From a virus, in IMG/VR virus record IMGVR_UViG_3300050027_000006: 64,000 nucleotides of DNA. One strand, given 5' to 3'. Both the position numbers and the translations under genes were made by a program. Positions within the stretch are counted from its first letter, which is position 1. Every line of letters begins with the position of its first letter. The notes under the pieces are model-generated. The model had not been told where the DNA came from and did no database searches. It saw only the letters and a program-made list of their open reading frames with translations. Positions 56,629-62,794 of the stretch are shown one piece after another.

Positions 56629-56865
56629 ATGGCTGAAGAGACCGTAGTCACCGCCGACACGCCCCGAGCAGTCCTCGTCGCACAGAGCGACGACGCCTAC
56701 GACCGGGCCATCGCAACCCCGCTGGACCACCCCGCCGACCGGCTCGTGGCCTTTACCGAGGTACTTGTGGCCGAGGCCAAGCTCGACCGGTACGACCGGG
56801 AGAACCCCTTCGACATCGCCGGTCTCGTGTGGGACGACGGTGACGAGGACGAGTACACGGTCTGA
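56629..56865 (+). CDS. hypothetical acidic protein
   Basis: RBS AAGGAGG; internal Met (MAEETVV) of track ORF 56563. Confidence 0.6.
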   Translation: MAEETVVTADTPRAVLVAQSDDAYDRAIATPLDHPADRLVAFTEVLVAEAKLDRYDRENPFDIAGLVWDDGDEDEYTV

Positions 56866-57104
56866 TGGGACTGCACCTGCCATGTAGTTGCGAGTGCCAC
56901 CATCACTGCCACACATGCGGGCGCAAGCTCGTCGGGCCGAATGATGTGCACGTCAACTGTGGCGACACGTTGTCACCGCCGAGCACGCAGGGCGTCTACA
57001 CGGCGCCCAACCCGAACGAGCCGTGGCCTACCGAGGTAGTGGACCCCGACGACTTCACCGAGTTCGAGCGTGAAGGCTATGGCGACCACGGGAGTCCGGC
57101 ATGA
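56865..57104 (+). CDS. Cys/His-rich hypothetical protein
   Basis: TGATG coupling; CSCECHHHCHTCG. Confidence 0.55.
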   Translation: MGLHLPCSCECHHHCHTCGRKLVGPNDVHVNCGDTLSPPSTQGVYTAPNPNEPWPTEVVDPDDFTEFEREGYGDHGSPA

Positions 57105-57259
57105 CCGGCATCCTCGTGGCCATCGTGCTCGGTCTCTTCCTCATCATCCTCCTCTTCGCATGGGTCGTCGTCATCGGCCTGTGGGTTGGGATCATCAAGG
57201 ACTGGTGGAGAGGCCGTCAGAGCCGTCGAGTGCGCTCACGCAGGATGACACGGCGATGA
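57101..57259 (+). CDS. 52-aa single-pass membrane protein with Arg-rich tail
   Basis: ATGA coupling; MTGILVAIVLGLFLIILLFAWVVVIGLWVGII then RGRQSRRVRSRRMTRR. Preferred over the track ORF 57070..57378. Confidence 0.55.
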   Translation: MTGILVAIVLGLFLIILLFAWVVVIGLWVGIIKDWWRGRQSRRVRSRRMTRR

Positions 57260-57277
57260 TCGTTCTAGGGGCCACAG

Positions 57278-57293
57278 ACCCCCGTGTGGGGGT
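57278..57293 (+). terminator. hairpin ACCCCC-GTGT-GGGGGT
   Basis: Starts 19 nt after the stop at 57259. First of two consecutive hairpins. Confidence 0.4.
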
Positions 57294-57310
57294 TCTCACA
57301 GCACTACAAG

Positions 57311-57361
57311 GCGAGAGGGAGGCCGGGGTTGATGCCCCTCGATCTCCGTCCTCCCTCTCGC
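57311..57361 (+). terminator. strong hairpin (12-bp perfect stem GCGAGAGGGAGG/CCTCCCTCTCGC)
   Basis: 27-nt loop. Ends 14 nt before ATG 57375. Confidence 0.55.
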
Positions 57362-57374
57362 TCGGTATGAGCCG

Positions 57375-57584
57375 ATGACTGCTGACTCGACAGAACGAGT
57401 CCTCTGTGATTGGATCGAGAGAGACGAGACCGCATCTTCTGGTGGCCGCATCTGCTATCACTGGCGGATGGCTGTTGGTGTAGAGGAGCACGGCTGGGTC
57501 AAGATGGGCAAGCTCGATCTCTGCCCCGACCATGCGGGTACCTCGGTAGAAGCCAAGAGCGGTAAGAGTTGGAGGCAGTCATGA
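57375..57584 (+). CDS. hypothetical protein
   Basis: ORF track; 69 codons. Confidence 0.55.
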   Translation: MTADSTERVLCDWIERDETASSGGRICYHWRMAVGVEEHGWVKMGKLDLCPDHAGTSVEAKSGKSWRQS

Positions 57585-57781
57585 GGTTCACCGACAACAA
57601 AAACGGTTACATCACCGTCGAGTGGCAGCTTGACTACGAGGACTTGGAGCAAGTAGGATACGCACTACAGAGTGCCGGGATCGGCCTCAAGGGTAAGATA
57701 GTGGATCAAGGCTTCTACGACGACGGGACAGCATTGCTCGAAGCGGCGTGGGAAGCACAAGAGAGAGAGCAGGAGGGCTAA
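57581..57781 (+). CDS. hypothetical protein
   Basis: ATGA coupling (MRFTDNKNGY...). Confidence 0.55.
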   Translation: MRFTDNKNGYITVEWQLDYEDLEQVGYALQSAGIGLKGKIVDQGFYDDGTALLEAAWEAQEREQEG

Positions 57782-58284
57782 TGGCCATCGATGAGAAGTA
57801 TCTGATTGGCAACACCGATGCGGTCGTGTGGGCTGAGGAGTTCTGTGAGCGCTTCTACGGCTTCACGATCGTTGATGTCAAGGGCGACGACTTGACTATC
57901 GACACTGCCGCCATGATCGGCTGGTTCGCCAACGCCATCATGGCCGGGTTCGATGAGGGCCACGCTCGTGCACTCAAGGAGGCTTCGTCCACCAAGAAGA
58001 CCCCGCTGGGTGATCCGACCGAGTACGAGTTCTACACCACACAGGCCAACGCCGATGCTGGTGTGACCGCAGTGCTCCCCCAGGAAGTCACCCCCGTGCA
58101 CGAGTACGCCGACGAGGATGTAGCTCGACTGGCGCAACAGGTCGAGGATCTGTATGATGTCCTCGGAGACCTGCTCTGTAACACCATCGCCTGCGAGTAC
58201 GACGACGAGGAGTGGTGCACCGTCCATGGAGTCGGGCGCCCCTGCCCCTTCCAGATCGCAAGGAGCTACCTGAATGCCAAGTGA
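57781..58284 (+). CDS. hypothetical protein
   Basis: TAATG coupling (MAIDEKYLIGN...). Confidence 0.6.
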   Translation: MAIDEKYLIGNTDAVVWAEEFCERFYGFTIVDVKGDDLTIDTAAMIGWFANAIMAGFDEGHARALKEASSTKKTPLGDPTEYEFYTTQANADAGVTAVLPQEVTPVHEYADEDVARLAQQVEDLYDVLGDLLCNTIACEYDDEEWCTVHGVGRPCPFQIARSYLNAK

Positions 58285-58435
58285 CGCAGAGATCAACTCG
58301 ATTCACGAGGCACGAGTAGAGATCGAATACTGGCGGCTCCGTGCCCTCGAAGCGGAGCGACTGCGGGATCTCGACCGGGAGTACATCGAGGATCTGTACC
58401 ACCTACGGGACATCGACAATGGATGGGTGAGATGA
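58274..58435 (+). CDS. 53-aa coiled-coil protein
   Basis: MPSDAEINSIHEARVEIEYWRLRALEAERL.... Its TGA overlaps the next ATG. Confidence 0.45.
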   Translation: MPSDAEINSIHEARVEIEYWRLRALEAERLRDLDREYIEDLYHLRDIDNGWVR

Positions 58436-58584
58436 CACAGTGCTACTGCTGTAGAGAGATCGATGAGACGGACAAGGACGGGTGGTTCCACACCGATGAC
58501 GGTGAGAAGCGTTGCTACCCTGACGCAGAGCCGGGGAGCTACGCCGCCGAACTGCTGGCCGAGCCAGAGCCGGACGACTTCTGA
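58432..58584 (+). CDS. 50-aa Cys-containing protein
   Basis: ATGA and TGATG coupling at its two ends; MTQCYCCREIDETDKDGWF.... Confidence 0.45.
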   Translation: MTQCYCCREIDETDKDGWFHTDDGEKRCYPDAEPGSYAAELLAEPEPDDF

Positions 58585-58814
58585 TGGGTACGAACTCAGA
58601 AGCACGCATGCGCAACCGGGCCGACGACCAGGTCAAGGCCGATCTGCTGGCCATGGAGCGCATCGCCGTCTTGCAGGGAGCGCTCGTCGCCCTCGGCCCG
58701 GCGCTCAAGCTCTTCGAGGACGAGTTCCCCGCATCGGCCCCGCTCGGGGATGTCGCACGCAAGGCTAGCGATGTCGCTCGGGAGGCGCTACTGTGGAGGC
58801 CCAAGGAGGTCTGA
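58584..58814 (+). CDS. hypothetical protein
   Basis: ORF track; TGATG coupling. Confidence 0.55.
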   Translation: MGTNSEARMRNRADDQVKADLLAMERIAVLQGALVALGPALKLFEDEFPASAPLGDVARKASDVAREALLWRPKEV

Positions 58815-59074
58815 TGCCGAGCCGACCCGAGAGAGATCTGTACGACTGGTACGCTACCAAGCTGTCGAAGATGCTCGTGCGGACGGATGGCGAGTTCTCC
58901 GTCGTGAACGAGGAACTGTCGTGGGAGATGCGTGCCCGTCTCGCTGAGGAGAAGCTGCAAGCTCTGATCGATGGCCTGAAGTCCGATGAGGGCTGGGTCG
59001 AGATGATGAACAACAACCCGATCGGTCGGTCCATCGCCACCGTCGCCATCAAGCGGTACGTCGCAGGCCAGTGA
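58814..59074 (+). CDS. hypothetical protein
   Basis: TGATG coupling (MPSRPERDLYDWY...). Confidence 0.55.
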   Translation: MPSRPERDLYDWYATKLSKMLVRTDGEFSVVNEELSWEMRARLAEEKLQALIDGLKSDEGWVEMMNNNPIGRSIATVAIKRYVAGQ

Positions 59075-59099
59075 CCAATCCAACCCAAGGAGAGAACCA

Positions 59100-59351
59100 A
59101 TGACCTACCCAGGAATCCCCGCCCGTCAGTCGAGGTCCACCACCGCCTTCGAGGGCGTCGTCGCCTTCGTCGTCGGCGTGGTCCTGCTGACCCTCCTCGA
59201 CCTCGTGCTGGCATGGCCGGTCATGATCGCCCTCGGCGTGTGGCACAGCTACATCCATCAGGTCCCGGCGCTCGGCTGGTTCGGCACGCTCGTGTCCGTC
59301 CTCGCCATCGGCATCATCCTCATGCCGTCGCAGATGAAGGCGAAGGACTGA
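59100..59351 (+). CDS. membrane protein (2-3 TM)
   Basis: RBS AAGGAGAG; hydrophobic segments. Confidence 0.65.
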   Translation: MTYPGIPARQSRSTTAFEGVVAFVVGVVLLTLLDLVLAWPVMIALGVWHSYIHQVPALGWFGTLVSVLAIGIILMPSQMKAKD

Positions 59352-59878
59352 TGACGGCCCCGCTCAAGCGCTGTGGCGACGAGCTAGGCGGAGGCGAGCT
59401 ACCGAGGGTGTGCACGCTTACGTGGGCGCACAAGGGTCTCCACTCGGACCAGGACAAGAACTGGATCGGAGGCATCGAGTGCGAGGTAGCACCCGAGCTT
59501 CCGAGCTTCCCCGCCTTCGAGAAGATCAAGGAGGGCAAGCGCAACGAGGGCTTGCAGTGCATTGCCGCCCGAGGTCTCTGGTTGCCCGCCATCACCTACA
59601 AGCCGGGATGGGACTTCTACTGGACTGAGATGAAGGATGCCGTCGACCTCCGGGTTGATGTCGTGACGGAGATCGGTCTGAAGAAGGTGCGGTTCTTCAA
59701 CCGGCAGCAACTCATGAAGGATGTCATCCGGCTAAGCCGTGCCGACATCAAGCGAGCCTTCATCCAGCAGACCATCCTCACTACGGAGCGCACGATCACG
59801 CAGGCCGCAGCCAAGATCGACGGCGAGCCGCTGTTCGAGGAGAAGAAGCTCTTGACGGCGGCGCCTTCGGTGGGTTAG
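59351..59878 (+). CDS. hypothetical protein
   Basis: TGATG coupling; internal Met of track ORF 59213. Confidence 0.6.
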   Translation: MTAPLKRCGDELGGGELPRVCTLTWAHKGLHSDQDKNWIGGIECEVAPELPSFPAFEKIKEGKRNEGLQCIAARGLWLPAITYKPGWDFYWTEMKDAVDLRVDVVTEIGLKKVRFFNRQQLMKDVIRLSRADIKRAFIQQTILTTERTITQAAAKIDGEPLFEEKKLLTAAPSVG

Positions 59879-59910
59879 GGTAGTCCTACGACTACAGGAG
59901 AGGACACATC

Positions 59911-60132
59911 ATGAGCGCAGTTGGATGCTATGTCGGGTGCACACCACCTACCACGGTGCCTTCGGGCATCACCCCGCACATCACGTCAGGAGCCGCCCCT
60001 GTGGCGCACTTCGTGGGTGGCTTGCCCTTCACGGGTCTCGACGTGACCGAGCTTCTCGCTGTCGGCCTCGGGCTGATCGTGACCTCGGTGCTGCTGACCA
60101 TCCGTCTGAAGAAGGACGAGAGCGCCGCCTGA
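59911..60132 (+). CDS. 73-aa protein consisting largely of an LPXTG-type sorting signal
   Basis: RBS AGGAGAGG. GGLPFTG is followed by the hydrophobic LDVTELLAVGLGLIVTSVLLTI and the charged tail RLKKDESAA. No N-terminal signal peptide is visible. Confidence 0.6.
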   Translation: MSAVGCYVGCTPPTTVPSGITPHITSGAAPVAHFVGGLPFTGLDVTELLAVGLGLIVTSVLLTIRLKKDESAA

Positions 60133-60150
60133 GCCTGTCAACTGGCGGCT

Positions 60151-60194
60151 GGGTCCTCCTAAGAGGTGAACGCACACGGCCCTTAGGAGGACCC
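60151..60194 (+). terminator. 13-bp perfect hairpin that also contains the RBS of the next gene
   Basis: GGGTCCTCCTAAG-N18-CTTAGGAGGACCC. The 3' arm carries AGGAGG, 6 nt before ATG 60197. Confidence 0.5.
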
Positions 60195-60196
60195 TC

Positions 60197-60565
60197 ATGA
60201 CCATCAATCTCGCAGCGCTACTGAGCTTCCTTCAGTCGCTCCCCGTCGTCCGCAACCTGCCGACCTCGGTCAAGAAGGTACTCGGTGACATCCTGACCGT
60301 CGCCGTCGCCCTGGCCGGAGTCCTCGCCGTCGTTGTGGCAGTCGGCCCCACCCTGCACGTCGGTGTCGCCTACCAGTCCTACTTCGTCGCCGCCGCATCG
60401 GTGCTCTCTGCCGTGATCGCCCTGATCCGTCGAGAGACCGTGACCGTCGCCGCCAAGCAGGCCGCAGCCCAGGCCGCAGCCGCCAAGCAGAAGTATGCGC
60501 CCCTTCCGGCCCCGGTTCCCTCGCTTCCGGTTCAGACTCCTCCGGCCCAGGTTCCTTCTGCGTAG
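60197..60565 (+). CDS. membrane protein (2-3 TM, Ala/Pro-rich tail; holin-like?)
   Basis: ORF track. Hydrophobic segments ILTVAVALAGVLAVVVAV and YFVAAASVLSAVIALI. Confidence 0.6.
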   Translation: MTINLAALLSFLQSLPVVRNLPTSVKKVLGDILTVAVALAGVLAVVVAVGPTLHVGVAYQSYFVAAASVLSAVIALIRRETVTVAAKQAAAQAAAAKQKYAPLPAPVPSLPVQTPPAQVPSA

Positions 60566-60568
60566 CTC

Positions 60569-60598
60569 TTGACACTGTGCATCCCTCGGGCTTAGGAT
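60569..60598 (+). promoter_or_regulatory. sigma70-type promoter TTGACA-N18-TAGGAT
   Basis: Starts 4 nt after the stop at 60565. The -10 sits in the loop of an 8-bp hairpin (60583-60590 / 60602-60609). Confidence 0.5.
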
Positions 60599-60642
60599 AG
60601 CCCCGAGGGCAACCATGCCCTCTCAGACAGAGAGGCAGCACC

Positions 60643-61059
60643 GTGAACACCAAGCGCTTCATCCCAGTTGCGTTGGTCGCAGCCGCAGGGCTGACCATCG
60701 CAGCATGTGGCGGATCGAGCGGCTCGACCCCGAGTACGCCCGCTTCGCCTCCCGCCACTTCGGCACCGGCAGTCTCGTCCACCGACCTGTACCTCGCTGA
60801 CCTGGCGGGCCTGGGTGACTCTAGCCTCAACGGAGTCAGTACCAGCACCCTCGTCGGCCTCGGTCAGGGTGCGTGCTCGGACCTCAACAACGACGGTGGG
60901 CAGCTTGGCCCCGTGCTGACTGACGGCACCAACGCCGCCGATCAGAGCGGGTTGTCCTATACCGCAGTCGGTGAGATCATCGGCGTGGCGGTCAAGGATC
61001 TGTGCCCGCAGTACCGGACCACGGTCGAGCAGCAGATTCAGGCCGACTCCAACTCATGA
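60643..61059 (+). CDS. lipoprotein
   Basis: GTG start with RBS GAGAGG. Signal peptide plus lipobox: MNTKRFIPVALVAAAGLTIAAC|GGSSGS. Confidence 0.75.
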   Translation: MNTKRFIPVALVAAAGLTIAACGGSSGSTPSTPASPPATSAPAVSSTDLYLADLAGLGDSSLNGVSTSTLVGLGQGACSDLNNDGGQLGPVLTDGTNAADQSGLSYTAVGEIIGVAVKDLCPQYRTTVEQQIQADSNS

Positions 61060-61379
61060 CCAAGCGCCTTGCAGTGATCCTCGGGATTACTGTCGTCCTC
61101 GTCTGGCTGGTTGCCTTCTGGATCGGCAGCCACCAGACGTGGATTGGCGAGCAGCCCGGCACGGCGAACTACGTGCACAAGACTGTCGGCCTCCTGACGG
61201 ACCTGCCTCACAGTACCGTCGAGATCTTCTGGTCGCTGACGGAGAACGTCGTCGTCTTCTCGGTCCTGTGGGCCTTCGGCAAGAACCGCCTGCACCGCCA
61301 GATCGACGCCGAGCACGGCTACCACCACGACAAGGACGGGGACGTACACAAGTTGACAGAGGACTGCGATACCGAGTAG
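61056..61379 (+). CDS. membrane protein (2 TM)
   Basis: ATGA coupling. LAVILGITVVLVWLVAFWI and VVVFSVLWAFG. Confidence 0.6.
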   Translation: MTKRLAVILGITVVLVWLVAFWIGSHQTWIGEQPGTANYVHKTVGLLTDLPHSTVEIFWSLTENVVVFSVLWAFGKNRLHRQIDAEHGYHHDKDGDVHKLTEDCDTE

Positions 61380-61382
61380 AGT
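61353..61382 (+). promoter_or_regulatory. sigma70-type promoter TTGACA-N18-TAGAGT
   Basis: Lies inside the end of the upstream gene. The -10 overlaps the stop TAG. GTG 61389 lies 6 nt downstream, suggesting a leaderless mRNA. Confidence 0.55.
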
Positions 61383-61388
61383 AGTGGG

Positions 61389-61844
61389 GTGCAATCTGAG
61401 GTCGAGATCCTACGAGATCTTCTGAGCAGGGAGTGCGCTCGACACCAGAACACCATCGCTGACCGCAACCGTCTGAGAGGGATCATGACCGACACCATCG
61501 ATAACAGTCTGCCTGGGTATGGCGGATACTGCCAGCTTCACCACCGAGCGCTCCCGTGTCCTTCGTGCACCTCAGCCCCTCCGCCCGTAGCCATTCCTTC
61601 GGTATGGGGTGCCCCTCCGCCCTATACGGACCCGTGGATGGGTGTGTCACCTAACCTCTCGCCTCTCCCACCTCAGCCTCTCTACGGCTACCGCTTCGTG
61701 GCCTCTGCGTGCGAGCACTGCTTCTGCGTGGAGGAAGACACGGACGTTCGAGAAGGACACCAGAAGTGCTGCAACTGCGGTGTCCAAAGACTGAGGACGG
61801 CTGTCTCTTTCACACACCAACCCGATGCCTTCATTGATGACTGA
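61389..61844 (+). CDS. Cys-rich, Pro-rich hypothetical protein
   Basis: ORF track; GTG start; CPSC, CEHCFC, CCNCG. Confidence 0.6.
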   Translation: MQSEVEILRDLLSRECARHQNTIADRNRLRGIMTDTIDNSLPGYGGYCQLHHRALPCPSCTSAPPPVAIPSVWGAPPPYTDPWMGVSPNLSPLPPQPLYGYRFVASACEHCFCVEEDTDVREGHQKCCNCGVQRLRTAVSFTHQPDAFIDD

Positions 61845-62272
61845 TGTCGAGCACCATCGAACATCGTAATCCCATCTTCTCGGTGACCCGAGATCACCTC
61901 AAACTCCTCAAGTCCTCTGTAGTGGCGTGGTCGTCCCAGTGGGACGGTACGATGTTCGGAGCCGCCTGCGTCGATCCTAGGCGCCCCTACGGTGACCGTG
62001 ACGTGTACCGCAGCATGTTGCGTATCCTCGGCTGGAAGATGAACCGAGTGGCCGACCTGCGAACCGCCGAGTTCCGTGACTGGGACATCGAGACCGACGA
62101 GATCCCCATCGATGAGATGAACCGGCTCGACCAGCTACACCAGGAGACCGAGATCGCACTGCGAATCTGCCTGAGCCGTGGCGAGTTCGAGACCGGCATC
62201 TTCAGGTGGCCCGAACCGGGCGGCAAGTGGGAGAAGATCGCCGTCGCAAGATCTACCCTTCCTTCCGTCTGA
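61844..62272 (+). CDS. hypothetical protein
   Basis: TGATG coupling; 142 codons. Confidence 0.6.
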   Translation: MSSTIEHRNPIFSVTRDHLKLLKSSVVAWSSQWDGTMFGAACVDPRRPYGDRDVYRSMLRILGWKMNRVADLRTAEFRDWDIETDEIPIDEMNRLDQLHQETEIALRICLSRGEFETGIFRWPEPGGKWEKIAVARSTLPSV

Positions 62273-62311
62273 AAACCTGCTATACTGTAGGGGACCTATG
62301 GAAGGAAACTC

Positions 62312-62689
62312 ATGGCTGGACCCTATACTCCACAAGAAGATCTCAAGCCCTGTGGGACCACGGCAGCCTATCGTCGTCACATCAACAGAGGAGAACCAAC
62401 TTGCGATCCATGTAAGGAAGCTAACCGCATCTTCTTCGCTGACTATCGGGAAAGTCGCAAGACCGAACTGAATACCTATCATCAACAGTGGTACACCAAT
62501 CAGACTGAAGCTCAGAAGTTCAAGAAGCGTATCAAACGATACGGCTTGACCCTCGAAGAGTTCGCATGGATGTTTCACGATCAAGACTTCCGGTGTGCGA
62601 TCTGCTTCACCACGGAGTCTGATGGTAAGGATTGGCATATCGATCACGATCACGAGTGTTGCGCAGGCGAAAGATCTTGTGGACGGTGA
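62312..62689 (+). CDS. endonuclease VII-type HNH gene, N-terminal part up to an in-frame TGA
   Basis: RBS GGAAGGA. CGTTAAYRRHINRGEPTCDPC module. HIDHDHECCAGERSCGR, then TGA at 62687-62689. Confidence 0.7.
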   Translation: MAGPYTPQEDLKPCGTTAAYRRHINRGEPTCDPCKEANRIFFADYRESRKTELNTYHQQWYTNQTEAQKFKKRIKRYGLTLEEFAWMFHDQDFRCAICFTTESDGKDWHIDHDHECCAGERSCGR

Positions 62690-62794
62690 GTGCGAGGCAT
62701 CTTGTGTATGGGATGTAATCACGGTCTCGGAAGTTTCAAAGACAATCCGTTGGCTCTACAGTCAGCCATATCATATCTAGGAGACACAAAATGA
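62690..62794 (+). other. in-frame continuation of the endonuclease VII-type gene beyond the TGA
   Basis: Same frame: VRGILCMGCNHGLGSFKDNPLALQSAISYLGDTK*. Its stop overlaps the endolysin ATG (ATGA at 62791-62794). Confidence 0.65.

Noticed and set aside
57070-57378. Track ORF of 102 codons spanning the two hairpins.
   Set aside because: It starts at GTG with no RBS, has out-of-frame composition and runs through both hairpins. The ATGA-coupled 52-codon membrane ORF (57101-57259) explains the coding signal better.
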